Shown: piece after piece, positions 1 through 9,254 of the stretch
Layout of the letters: each line of letters opens with the position of its first letter
Numbering within the stretch: the first letter of the stretch is position 1
Assembly (NCBI GenBank): GCA_034189125.1
Contig: JAXHVB010000018.1
Span: 775-64,774 of the forward strand
Origin: Pseudomonadota bacterium
GTDB lineage: Bacteria > Pseudomonadota > Gammaproteobacteria > Pseudomonadales > UBA5862
Direction: 5' to 3'
DNA: 64,000 bases
Notes under the pieces: model-generated
The model's input: only the letters and a program-made list of their open reading frames with translations
Told to the model about the DNA's origin: nothing
The model's database searches: none
Translations under genes and position numbers: made by a program

Positions 1-257
1 TTTGGGTGGTTCCACGCTGCCTGGACAGTGCCGTCGGCCCACAACAGCGCTTGAGGACCGCACTCCAGGCAGGAGTCGGCTAGGCTTAACGTCGGGGGGC
101 TGCGCTGTTGGCCGCCCGTCGATCAACGGATTCATCCACCCAGGGTTGCGCAGTCCGGCCCCCTCAACCCGACGGTCTTTTTGCCTTGCGTACTCCGCTC
201 CGCCACCTTCGTACTCCTTTCCAGTCTGTGTCCCCCCGCCTGCACATCGCCCTGCAG

Positions 258-899
258 GTGCCGGCAACCCTGGCGGTGGTGGCCTGGGTACCCGGCAATG
301 TGGCCAAGTTGGTCCTGTTGGTGGCCCTCTGGGCGCTGACCTTCGGCCGTGTGAGGCGCAGCGAAGCGGCGCTGTTCCTCGGTGCTTGCGTGCTGTTCAC
401 TGGGATGAATGCCATGGCGCTGCGCCAGGGGATCTTTCGGTTCAGTGAGCCGGATGTGCTCGGCATGCCCCTGTACGAGCTGGGGATGTGGGGGTTCTAT
501 CTGCTGCACACTCGCCGCCTCTGGCCCGCGCCCGCAGCGGCATTGCCGGGCTGGATCTTGTGGCTCACCATGGCGTGCTTCGCGCTGTCATTCGTGGCCA
601 TCACCGACTCGCTTTGGCTGCTGGTGGCCAGCGGGCTCGCGCTGGCGTCGGCCGTGGCGCTGAGCCACCGTGGACCGGACCTGGTGCACGCCGCCTATAT
701 GGTGGTGCTGGGCCTCTTGGTCGAAGCCACCGGGGTGGCTTCGGGCCAGTGGAGCTACCCCAGCAACCCGCCCCTTGGCGTCCCGCTCTGGTTTATGACC
801 CTGTGGGGCGGGGTGGGATACTTTGCCAGCCGCGTCGCCTGGCCCTGGTTTGTGCGGCTCGACACCGCCGACAACAAGGCGGAACCGCATGCCCGGTGA
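258..899 (+). CDS. integral membrane protein, function unknown
   Basis: This is the C-terminal ~213 codons of ORF 108..899. It has several hydrophobic helices (LVLLVALWALTF, WILWLTMACFALSFVAI, MVVLGLLVEATG). GC-rich third codon positions only begin near the in-frame GTG at 258, so the ATG at 108 is probably not the real start. I recognise no family. Confidence 0.45.
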   Translation: MPATLAVVAWVPGNVAKLVLLVALWALTFGRVRRSEAALFLGACVLFTGMNAMALRQGIFRFSEPDVLGMPLYELGMWGFYLLHTRRLWPAPAAALPGWILWLTMACFALSFVAITDSLWLLVASGLALASAVALSHRGPDLVHAAYMVVLGLLVEATGVASGQWSYPSNPPLGVPLWFMTLWGGVGYFASRVAWPWFVRLDTADNKAEPHAR

Positions 900-960
900 G
901 CACGCCAGTAGGCTCTCGCGCCGCCAGTGGCGCCTTGCATAGAAGGAGTGGCCTTGGACC

Positions 961-2598
961 ATGGATGATTTGACCGCAGCCCTGCGCGCCGCATTTGCGC
1001 CCGAGCAGCTCTCATTGAACCCGGCGGACTGCGACCGCTACCTGTGCAACACCATGGGGGCGCGTCGCCAATTGCTGGGGGCCGTACGCCCCGCCGACAC
1101 CGCAGAAGTGCAGCGGCTGGTGTGCATCGCACGCGAGCAGGGCGCGCCCCTGTACCCCATCAGCACCGGCAACAACTGGGGGTATGGCACCGCCTTGCCG
1201 GCGCTCGATGGCTGCCTGCTGGTGGACCTCTCGGGCCTCAACCGCATCGTCCATTTTGACCCTGACCTCGCCACGGTCACCCTGGAGCCTGGCGTGACCC
1301 AGGGCATGTTGTTCGACTTTTTGGCGCAACAGCCGGAACGGTTTCTGGTGCCCACCACTGGGGCTGGGCCCCAGTGCAGCCTGGTGGGCAATGCCCTGGA
1401 GCGTGGCTACGGCATCACGCCGGTCGCCGACCACTTCGCGGCGGTGCAGTCGGTTGAGGCGGTGCTCGGCAGCGGCGACCTCTACCAGGGTCCCTTCGAG
1501 GGCCTGGGTGCGACCACCGTGGAACGCTGTTTCAAGTGGGGACTGGGGCCCTATATCGATGGGCTTTTCGGCCAGTTCGGCGCTGGGATCGTGACCCGCA
1601 TGACGTTTCAATTGGCGCCGGTGCCCACCAAAATTCAGGCGTTTTACTTCTGGATGGATGCAGACTCGGGGCTGGATGCCGCTGTCGCTGCAGTGCGTGA
1701 CCTGCAACACCGGTTGCCCGGGGTGCTCGGTTCGATCAACCTGATGAACGCGCGCCGCCTGCTGTCCATGATGGGGCCATATCCGCGCGATCAGGTGCGC
1801 CCCGGCACCGTCATGTCCGAGGCCTTGGTGGCCGATCTGGCCCGCGAAAACCGGGTGTCGGCCTGGATGGGCTTTGGTGCGCTCTATGGTGAGGCACCGG
1901 TGGTTGCTGGAGCGCGGCGGGTGGTGCGTCAACGGCTCAAGGGGGTTGCGGACCGCAGCCTGTTCGTCAGCCCCAATACAGTGGCACGACTGCGGCCTTG
2001 GGCCGAACGGTTGCCCTTCGCCTGGGGCCGCAAGCTCGCCGACCTTGCCGGAACCCTGGACCGAAGCCTGCGTCTGGTGGCCGGTGAACCGAGTGAAATC
2101 GCGCTGCCACTGGCGTATTGGCGCCTCAGTGGCGATCGAACCCCGGATGCGGGGCTGAGTCCCGCAGAGGACGGCGCGGGCTTGCTGTGGTACGCACCGT
2201 TGGTGCCCATGCAACCCGAAGCGGTCGCTGCCTACCGGGGCATGGTCGAACGGGTCTGCACTGCGCATGGCATCGAACCGCTCGTGACCTTCACCTCGCT
2301 GTCGGCGCGCTGTTTTGACAGCACGGTGCCAATCCTGTTCGACCCTAAAGAACCCGGCGCCCGCGAGCGCGCCCACGCCTGCTTCGAGGCACTTTTTGCC
2401 GAGGGCAAGGCGTTGGGGTTTGTGCCTTATCGGCTCAATATCGAAGCCCAGCGCAGCGCCATCGACTACGACAGCACCTACTGGAAGTTGGTCGGGCGCA
2501 TCAAGCAGGCCATGGATCCGGACAACCTGATTGCGCCAGGGCGCTATGCACCGGTTGAGCTGCCGGGCAGTGCTGGGCAGGGCAATATCGGGGGCTAG
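961..2598 (+). CDS. FAD-binding oxidoreductase (VAO/PCMH-type FAD-linked oxidase)
   Basis: 545-aa ORF. The N-terminal FAD-binding PCMH-type region carries 'PLYPISTGNNWGYG', which is typical of the vanillyl-alcohol oxidase / p-cresol methylhydroxylase family. Length is typical for the family. Confidence 0.8.
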   Translation: MDDLTAALRAAFAPEQLSLNPADCDRYLCNTMGARRQLLGAVRPADTAEVQRLVCIAREQGAPLYPISTGNNWGYGTALPALDGCLLVDLSGLNRIVHFDPDLATVTLEPGVTQGMLFDFLAQQPERFLVPTTGAGPQCSLVGNALERGYGITPVADHFAAVQSVEAVLGSGDLYQGPFEGLGATTVERCFKWGLGPYIDGLFGQFGAGIVTRMTFQLAPVPTKIQAFYFWMDADSGLDAAVAAVRDLQHRLPGVLGSINLMNARRLLSMMGPYPRDQVRPGTVMSEALVADLARENRVSAWMGFGALYGEAPVVAGARRVVRQRLKGVADRSLFVSPNTVARLRPWAERLPFAWGRKLADLAGTLDRSLRLVAGEPSEIALPLAYWRLSGDRTPDAGLSPAEDGAGLLWYAPLVPMQPEAVAAYRGMVERVCTAHGIEPLVTFTSLSARCFDSTVPILFDPKEPGARERAHACFEALFAEGKALGFVPYRLNIEAQRSAIDYDSTYWKLVGRIKQAMDPDNLIAPGRYAPVELPGSAGQGNIGG

Positions 2599-4895
2599 CC
2601 CGGCCGCGCCTGGGCCGGTCGGGATGTTCTCCACAGCAGCAGCGGCATCAGGATGAACAGGTCAATGATCCACGCCAGTGCGATGATCAGCGCGGTCATC
2701 CAGCCGAGGTGGATGTTCTGCTTGAAGTCCGAGACTGTCAGCAGCCAAAACGCCGGGACCAGCGAAGCTGTGGTGAGGGTCACTGCCTGTCCGACATTGC
2801 GCAGCGTGTGACGCACCGCCTCTTCGGGTGCACGGCCTTTGGCGCGTTGGCGCCGGTAGTGCGTAAGCAGGTGGATGCTGTCATCGACCACGATGCCGAG
2901 CGTCATGCCCATCACGGTCGACAGGGTGATGCCCACCTCCCCGACGACAAACCCCCAGAGGCCAAAGGCAGCGGCGCCGGGCAGGAGGTTGGCGCAGAAG
3001 CTGAGCGCCCCCAAGCGCCAGGACCTGAGCACAGCGACCATCAACACCGAGATGGCCACCAGCACCACCAACGTGCTGCCCATCATTTCCGAGAAGTTGC
3101 GGTGGGACAGGGTCGCAAACATCCAGTCCGGCCCACTGACGCGGGCAGCGGCCATAGAATCTGGCGCTTGGCGCGCCAAGCGTTCACTCGCGCGCTCGGC
3201 GAACCGGCGTAGGGACTCGCTGTCGGTCTTGTGCAGACTGACGCCCACCCGACTCGCGGATTTGTCGAGGTTGACCTGGTGGGTGGGATCGAGCCCAAAG
3301 GGCAATGACATCTCATAGAGCAAAAAGTACTGCGCGATCAGGTCGCGCCGCTGGGGCAGCGCCGGCTGTTGCGGCTGGCCACCATTCAGTTCTCGGTGCA
3401 GGTCGGTGATGGTGTCGCTGACCACCGCCACCTGGGCGACTTCCGGCTGGTCCCGAAGCCAGGCAGCAAAGCCGGCCAGGTGGTTCAGGTAGTCGGGGTC
3501 GAACACGCCCTCCGGGCCGTTTGCCGGAACCGACCATTCGAGGCGGCTCACCCCGGTCAGTTGGGCGTCGATCCAGTCCGAGTCGGCACGAAAATCGAGC
3601 GCCGGGTCGAAGAAATCGATGAGGGTGTCGTTGAGTTGGTTGCGTGCCACCCCCGTACTGGCTGCCACACCGAGGACCAAGAGGGTGGTGGAGATCCACC
3701 GCGGATGATGAAGAATGAGGTGCTCTGCCGCGCCCAGCGCACCCGTGGGGCGTTGGTGGCTGCGCCGGACAGGAACCGGCAGGCGCAAAATCAACCGTGG
3801 CAGCACCGCCAGCGAGAACAGGCAGGCGAATCCCACGCCAAGCGCGACGATCACGCCGATCCACTGGATCGGCGGGGAGCTGCTCAAAGTGAGCGACAGA
3901 AACCCGACAGCCGTGGTGAGGCTGGTCAGCAACACCGGGGTGCGGTTGTGGGCCAGGCTCGCCTGCATTGCCGTTGGTCGTGCCTCCCCGACACGCGGGT
4001 GTTGGAGGTAGCTTGAGACGATGTGGATGCAGTCAGCGATCGCCAATGGCAGCACCATGGCGGTGGCGGCTGCGACATCCGGCGTGAACCTTGGGGCGAA
4101 CCAGCCGACGGTGCCGAGCGCCGAGAGCAACGAAGCCCCGACCACCGCCAAAATGACCCCAACGTAGGCCAGGCTGCGCAGGGCTGCATAGAGCACTGTG
4201 ACCACCAACAGCACCATCAGCGGATACAGGCGCATGCTGTCCGCGCGGGCGGTCTCGGCCAGGGTCACATCCGAGACCAGGGAGCCGGTCAGGGCGATGC
4301 GGTGGTCGGGGTGCGCGGCGCGAAACCGATCAAGGGTTTGTTGCAATGCGGCGCCGCTGAGCTGTTTGGCCTGGTCCGGTTGGCCCTCGGGGAACCGAAA
4401 CGCGACTTGGATTCCTGCAGTGCGCCCGTCTTGACTCACCAACCGGGCGGCAGTGCTCGGTGCCTCTTGCAGCCACCGAAGCCGGGTGTGCCGTGTAGCG
4501 GAATCCAGCGTCTCCGGGTCGTCAAACAGGGGTTCGATGCGGACATCCTCGCCGTCGGCCCGGATGTGGGCGTGGTTGACCAGAGAGTCCACCCGCTGGG
4601 AGTGCGGCAAGGTCCAGAGGGCCTCGGTGAGCCCATGCAGCAGTTGCAAGGTGTCGATAGAAGTCAGGTCCGCATCGGCGGGCTGAACCGCGATGAGTGC
4701 GTAGTCGGTGGCTGAAAAGGCGTGTTCCAGCTCCTGGTAGGCCAACAGATCAGGGTCATCCGCGGAAAAGTAGCTGCGGTAGTCGGCCGAGACCTGAATT
4801 TGCCCCAGCCCCAGCGCCATGACCGCGGCCCAGAGCGCGGCAATCCCCAGCAGCCACCACCGCGGTGACGCCGATCTGTGCGCCCGTGTGGACAT
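2595..4895 (-). CDS. MMPL/RND-superfamily exporter (predicted lipid/drug-type exporter)
   Basis: 766-aa ORF with two blocks of about 5-6 hydrophobic helices separated by large soluble loops. The N-terminus (TM helix followed by 'DYRSYFSADDPDLLAYQELEHAF') is typical of COG1033/MMPL-type exporters. Its ATG (4893-4895) directly abuts the stop codon of the upstream acyltransferase gene. Confidence 0.8.
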   Translation of the reverse strand: MSTRAHRSASPRWWLLGIAALWAAVMALGLGQIQVSADYRSYFSADDPDLLAYQELEHAFSATDYALIAVQPADADLTSIDTLQLLHGLTEALWTLPHSQRVDSLVNHAHIRADGEDVRIEPLFDDPETLDSATRHTRLRWLQEAPSTAARLVSQDGRTAGIQVAFRFPEGQPDQAKQLSGAALQQTLDRFRAAHPDHRIALTGSLVSDVTLAETARADSMRLYPLMVLLVVTVLYAALRSLAYVGVILAVVGASLLSALGTVGWFAPRFTPDVAAATAMVLPLAIADCIHIVSSYLQHPRVGEARPTAMQASLAHNRTPVLLTSLTTAVGFLSLTLSSSPPIQWIGVIVALGVGFACLFSLAVLPRLILRLPVPVRRSHQRPTGALGAAEHLILHHPRWISTTLLVLGVAASTGVARNQLNDTLIDFFDPALDFRADSDWIDAQLTGVSRLEWSVPANGPEGVFDPDYLNHLAGFAAWLRDQPEVAQVAVVSDTITDLHRELNGGQPQQPALPQRRDLIAQYFLLYEMSLPFGLDPTHQVNLDKSASRVGVSLHKTDSESLRRFAERASERLARQAPDSMAAARVSGPDWMFATLSHRNFSEMMGSTLVVLVAISVLMVAVLRSWRLGALSFCANLLPGAAAFGLWGFVVGEVGITLSTVMGMTLGIVVDDSIHLLTHYRRQRAKGRAPEEAVRHTLRNVGQAVTLTTASLVPAFWLLTVSDFKQNIHLGWMTALIIALAWIIDLFILMPLLLWRTSRPAQARPG

Positions 4896-5738
4896 CTAGT
4901 TCAGCGGCAGCCCCGCAGTTGTTGTCGTGAAACGGTCAATCAGGGCGTTGATAATTTCCGCGACATCGGGGTTCAGCGCTTGGCTTAGGCCTTGCTCGGT
5001 GATGATGAAGGGTGCGCGCTTGCCATGGTAGTCGGCGACCTCGCCAATTTGCTCGAACCGGATGCCGTGGATCTTCAGGTTGCGGTAGAGGCGTGGTTCC
5101 ATCATCACGAAGACTGCATCCAGCTGGCCGCGGCGGTGCAGGATTTCCGCCACAGCGGCAATGGACAGGTAGATGCCGAGCGCAATGAACGGCAGGGTGC
5201 GGCGTGTTTGCTGGGCATCAACGCTGGGGTTGCTTTCCCCGACCGACCCAGCCGGAAGGCGCAGGTCCTGTTGGCGGCGGCGGAATTGGGCACGCACGGC
5301 GAGCCTTGAGATTTCACCGCAACGCCCCGCATCGTCTTCGAGTCGCTCGCGCCACTGTGGGGCGATGCACTGCCAGCAGTGTTGGTACAGGGGAAGTCGT
5401 TGCAGCGATCGCTCTCCGCCCGGCGTGACCAAGCGGGCACTGCCGGCGAACACGGCAGACGCGTTGTGTTTCAGGAGCACGTGGTGGGCATGGGCGTCGT
5501 GCGGGTCCACCTCAAGGCCATTGGCGGTGCGGGGCTCGAAGCCGAACTCTTCGCAGTACACTTCGTGGCGGATTCGTTGGGTTTCCTGCACCAGTTCGGG
5601 GTTGTCGGCATAGAGGGGCGTATAGACCGGGGTAAAGTACCCGAAGAACGATTCAGCCACCGCCCCCGAGTTCGACTGAACCTGCGCCCTGGCTTTGGTG
5701 GAATCTGGATTGTGCGGTGGCTGCTTGTTGGGTTCCAT
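4896..5738 (-). CDS. PEP-CTERM/exosortase system-associated acyltransferase (N-acyl amino acid synthase-like)
   Basis: Only the last 280 codons (ATG at 5738) of the 550-codon ORF 4896..6548 look genuine. Motifs 'IRHEVYCEEFGFEP', 'GEISRLAV' and 'MEPRLYRNLKIHGIRFEQIG' match my recollection of this family. The upstream 270 codons run antisense to the paralogue and look like a shadow ORF. Confidence 0.75.
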   Translation of the reverse strand: MEPNKQPPHNPDSTKARAQVQSNSGAVAESFFGYFTPVYTPLYADNPELVQETQRIRHEVYCEEFGFEPRTANGLEVDPHDAHAHHVLLKHNASAVFAGSARLVTPGGERSLQRLPLYQHCWQCIAPQWRERLEDDAGRCGEISRLAVRAQFRRRQQDLRLPAGSVGESNPSVDAQQTRRTLPFIALGIYLSIAAVAEILHRRGQLDAVFVMMEPRLYRNLKIHGIRFEQIGEVADYHGKRAPFIITEQGLSQALNPDVAEIINALIDRFTTTTAGLPLN

Positions 5739-5909
5739 GGTGGGCAAGAGGCAGTTGAAGGGGTGGTGTCTGGGGTCAGTGACATTTGGAGAGGGCGCGC
5801 GCCCCGCCTTTTCGGCGGATAGGGGGCCATGTCTGCACCGGTCCAGAAGCGGTGCGCCGCTAGACCGGTGCGACCGCGCCACGTAAAGTGTAGTGCATCG
5901 GCGCTGGCA

Positions 5910-6653
5910 ATGGGCGATTGGGGGGCAGCTGTGTTCGACGAGCGCTACGATGTTTTGTTGGCTCGAACGCCCGCAACGGAAGCGGCGCACCATTGGGTGC
6001 GGTACAAGGTGTACTGTGAAGAGCGCGGGTTCGAGCCGCGGGACCGATTCCCCGACCAGCAAGAGCGCGACGGTTGGGATGACGATGCGGTGAAGTTTGT
6101 GGTCAAGCACCGCGGGTGGGAGGAGTACACCGCCGCTGTTCGGCTGGTCCAGGGTGGCTCTGCCGGCTTTCCGGCCGAGCACTACTGTGAATTGGACCAG
6201 GACCACCTGCGCTGCGTGGAGCCTGGGCAGGTGGCTGAGTTGTCGCGGCTGTGCGTGGTCAATGGCACCCGTCAGGATTTTTGGCCAGGTCCAACTGTAA
6301 GGCGCGCAGATTCCACCGCCAACCCAGCCACCGTGGTGGGGATTTTCTGGGGCCTGATGCGGGCTGCTCTGCGGTACAGCGAGCGCCACGACATTCGCCA
6401 CTGGTACTTCGTGACCACCCGCGGCATGGCGAAAATCCTGCAGCGCAACCTCATCGAGAGTGAATGCATTGGCGCGCCCTGCGTGCTGGGGGGGTTGCGG
6501 TACCCGTATCTCGTGGACGTGCATGCCTCCCGGCAACGAATCCTTCAATCATCCTCCCGGCTGGCGGGGTTTTACCGGGCCGATGCCCCCTACCATGTAG
6601 GGCACCACACCCCCGAGGAAGACCGGCAGGCCTCCTTGTCGCCCTTGCTATAG
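5910..6653 (+). CDS. PEP-CTERM/exosortase system-associated acyltransferase, second paralogue
   Basis: Shares 'VRYKVYCEERGFEP' and 'AELSRLCV' with the divergent gene 4896..5738. The start is ambiguous (ATG 5829 or ATG 5910). I prefer 5910 because the alignment with the paralogue begins just downstream of it. Confidence 0.7.
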   Translation: MGDWGAAVFDERYDVLLARTPATEAAHHWVRYKVYCEERGFEPRDRFPDQQERDGWDDDAVKFVVKHRGWEEYTAAVRLVQGGSAGFPAEHYCELDQDHLRCVEPGQVAELSRLCVVNGTRQDFWPGPTVRRADSTANPATVVGIFWGLMRAALRYSERHDIRHWYFVTTRGMAKILQRNLIESECIGAPCVLGGLRYPYLVDVHASRQRILQSSSRLAGFYRADAPYHVGHHTPEEDRQASLSPLL

Positions 6654-6902
6654 CCTCGTAAGACGATATGGCCAGCACGCGCCTCAGTTGTCGGTCGTGG
6701 GGCCCGCGATCCTCTTGTTTTGGGGTTTCGCGCCAAATGGAGTTGCAGGCGTGAAGCCGGTATCCTGTCCGCCGCTGTGCCTTGGGTTCCCAGGCGGCGC
6801 GCCGCTCTTGGGTTTGGGCACTCTGCATACAATTTCGTCTACGCTTTAAACCGTTACCCGGTGGTTCATACCGCTGGGTGTGATTGCTCAAGGGGATTTC
6901 GA

Positions 6903-7538
6903 ATGACTGTGCGACGCACGTTGAGACTGGGACTGGTGGCTGCCGCGGTGGCCGTGCTAAGCGCGTGCAGCTCAGGGCTGCAAACCCTGCCGTCCGCGAC
7001 GCTGCGCCCATCGATCAATGTGGTTCAACAGGACTACGACTACTTGATCGGCCCCGGTGACAGCCTGCAGATTTTCGTTTGGAACAACCCCGAGGTGTCC
7101 ATGGGGGTCACCGTGCGGCCTGATGGAAAGATCAGCACGCCGTTGGTTGAGGACCTTGAAGTCAGCGGCATCACACCGACGGAAATGGCGCGCAAAGTTG
7201 AGGTGGTGCTCAGCCGGTACATCAAGGACCCCATCGTTACAGTCATCGCCGGTGGGTTCATTGGACCCTACGCGGAGCAGGTGCGCATCATCGGCGCTGC
7301 CAGTGCGCCCCAGTCGCTTCCCTACCGTGAGCACATGACAGTGCTGGATGTGATGATCGCCGTCGGAGGGTTGACGGACTTTGCCGCTGGCAACAGCACG
7401 CGGCTCATCCGCATTGAGGATGGGGCGCAGCAAGAGTACCGCGTTCGCTTGGAGGACCTGGTGCGCGATGGGGACATCAGCGCCAATGTGGACCTGAAGC
7501 CAGGTGACATCCTGATCATTCCTGAAGCCTGGTTTTGA
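6903..7538 (+). CDS. polysaccharide export outer-membrane lipoprotein (EpsE/Wza-like, short form)
   Basis: The internal ATG at 6903 gives the lipoprotein signal 'MTVRRTLRLGLVAAAVAVLSAC'. The Poly_export motif 'YLIGPGDSLQIFVWNNPE...VRPDGKISTPLV' is present, followed by an SLBB-like region. Confidence 0.85.
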   Translation: MTVRRTLRLGLVAAAVAVLSACSSGLQTLPSATLRPSINVVQQDYDYLIGPGDSLQIFVWNNPEVSMGVTVRPDGKISTPLVEDLEVSGITPTEMARKVEVVLSRYIKDPIVTVIAGGFIGPYAEQVRIIGAASAPQSLPYREHMTVLDVMIAVGGLTDFAAGNSTRLIRIEDGAQQEYRVRLEDLVRDGDISANVDLKPGDILIIPEAWF

Positions 7539-7641
7539 CCCCGGTGCTTGTTGGTGGCGCGCAATGTTGCCTGTGGATGCGCCTGTGGTCAGACACAAAC
7601 TTTCAACCCCTTGAACACTGAGCAGCCTGCGGAAGGACGCG

Positions 7642-9189
7642 ATGCAAGAACAGCTTGAGTTGGTGCTTTCCTATGCCCGGGGCGTCTGGAAACGGCGGTG
7701 GTGGGTATTGGCGATCGCGTGGCTGGTCGCCGTGGTCGGTTGGGTGTTCGTGCAGCGGCTGCCGGATGAATACGAATCGAGTGCGCGGGTGTACGTGGAC
7801 ACCCAAAGTCTGCTCAAGCCGCTGCTGCGTGGACTCACCATTCAAATGGACGTGGGTCAGGAAATTCGTCTGATGGAGCGAACCCTGCTCAGTCGACCCA
7901 ACCTTGAAAAAATCGTGCGGATGACCGATCTGGACCTGGCGGCGACCACTGACGTGGAGTATGAGGCCCTGCTCAACCGCCTGAAGGGCAACATCGAGAT
8001 GTCCAAAGACAGCCGCCAAAACCTGTATTCGATCTCCTACTCGGACTCCGACCCAGAGCAGGCGAAGCGGGTGGTTCAAGCGGTGGTGACAACCTTCATC
8101 GAAAACACCATCGGCGAGCGCCGCGACAGCACGGCGACGGCCAGTGCGCAGCGCTTTCTGGACAAACAGATCAGCGAATACGAGCAGCGCCTGCGCGAAT
8201 CCGAGGCCCGGCTCAAGGAGTTCAAGCAGAACAATGTGGCCTTTATGTCAGGGTCAGGTGGCTATTTCCAACAGCTGCAGAATGCCCAAACGCAGCTCGA
8301 GACCGCCCGGCTGGAACTGAAGGAAGCCGAGGAGCGGCGCGACTCGATTCTGTGGCAACTGGAAAACGAAGAATCGGAAGACCTGCTGATGCCGGACTTT
8401 GGCCTGGGCTCGGGCGCTTCGGTCGCCACCCCGTACGATGGGCGCATCGAAAACCTCAACACCCAGCTCGATTCCATGTTGCTGCGGTACACCGAGCAGC
8501 ACCCGAGCGTCATTGAGTTGCGCCGCACCCTGGCGGAGTTGGAGAAACTGCGTGACGAGGAGGTTGCCCGCGCAACTTCGGCGGACCTCTCACCCAATGC
8601 GGATGACCGCGGGCCTTTTTATCAGCAGTTGCGATTGGCGCTCTCCCAAGCCGAGGCGACAGTGGCTTCGCTGACCGCCCGGGTGGCCAATTTCCAATCG
8701 AAAGCCGAGGCACTGCAGGCCAAGGTCGATACGGTGCCGGAAATCGAGGCCCAACTGACCGCTCTAAACCGGGACTACGGCATCACCAAGACCAAGTATG
8801 AGGAGCTGCTGAACCGGCGCGAGTCTGCACTGATGTCGCAGCGGGTCGAGGAAGATGTCAATGACATTCAGTTTCGCGTCATCGACCCACCCCGTGTTTC
8901 TGCAACGCCAACTGGACCCAATCGACCGCTGCTGATGGCCGGCGTGCTGGGTGTTGGCCTGGTGATCGGAGGCGGATTGGCCACCCTGTTTTCACTGCTC
9001 CGGCCCACGTTTACGAGCACCCTGCTACTTGGGCAAATCACAGGCGTGCAGGTGCTGGGGACGGTGTCCTACCAAGTCGCTACGGGAGAGGCGCGTCGAC
9101 AACACCGCTTGATGCTGGCTTTTTGGGGGGGGACGCTGATGCTGCTTGCGGCCTACTGCGCACTGGTTGCCTACAACCTGTTTTTGTAA
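7642..9189 (+). CDS. polysaccharide chain-length determinant (PEP-CTERM-locus EpsF/Wzz-GumC type)
   Basis: 515 aa. It has an N-terminal TM helix (WWVLAIAWLVAVVGWVF), a long coiled-coil-rich periplasmic region and a C-terminal TM helix pair. An RBS-like GGAAGGA sits 5 nt upstream of the ATG. Confidence 0.85.
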   Translation: MQEQLELVLSYARGVWKRRWWVLAIAWLVAVVGWVFVQRLPDEYESSARVYVDTQSLLKPLLRGLTIQMDVGQEIRLMERTLLSRPNLEKIVRMTDLDLAATTDVEYEALLNRLKGNIEMSKDSRQNLYSISYSDSDPEQAKRVVQAVVTTFIENTIGERRDSTATASAQRFLDKQISEYEQRLRESEARLKEFKQNNVAFMSGSGGYFQQLQNAQTQLETARLELKEAEERRDSILWQLENEESEDLLMPDFGLGSGASVATPYDGRIENLNTQLDSMLLRYTEQHPSVIELRRTLAELEKLRDEEVARATSADLSPNADDRGPFYQQLRLALSQAEATVASLTARVANFQSKAEALQAKVDTVPEIEAQLTALNRDYGITKTKYEELLNRRESALMSQRVEEDVNDIQFRVIDPPRVSATPTGPNRPLLMAGVLGVGLVIGGGLATLFSLLRPTFTSTLLLGQITGVQVLGTVSYQVATGEARRQHRLMLAFWGGTLMLLAAYCALVAYNLFL

Positions 9190-9254
9190 CGCCCCGCCAT
9201 GGCCCTTGAGTCGTTGCACCCCGTACTGCTGGACCCACCATTGGAATCGCCCGT

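Noticed and set aside
1-200. 3' end of RNase P RNA or another housekeeping RNA
   Set aside because: A superficial 'GCTTGAG ... GGCTTA' resemblance to the RNase P 3' region was noticed. The universally conserved ACAGAA-N-CCGGCTTA element is absent. No tmRNA, SRP or tRNA signatures are present either.
1012-2634. 540-aa ORF antisense to the FAD oxidase gene
   Set aside because: It is a shadow ORF of the kind typical of GC-rich DNA. The translation is dominated by R/G/P/A/H/Q, shows no recognisable motifs and fully overlaps a gene with clear family signatures on the other strand.
5739-6548. N-terminal 270 codons of the 550-aa ORF 4896-6548
   Set aside because: This part lies antisense to the second acyltransferase paralogue and has no family similarity. 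Homology to the acyltransferase family begins just after the internal ATG at 5738.
6654-6902. Sigma-54 promoter or ops/JUMPstart element upstream of the eps export genes
   Set aside because: 'TGGGCACTCTGCA' has the wrong GG-to-GC spacing for a -24/-12 promoter. GGCGGTAG-like strings occur only inside coding regions or on the wrong strand (about 59187 and 44118). Only a weak sigma-70-like -10 (TACAAT, 6828-6833) and a short direct repeat CTTGGGTT (6781-6788 and 6807-6814) were seen, which is too weak to call.
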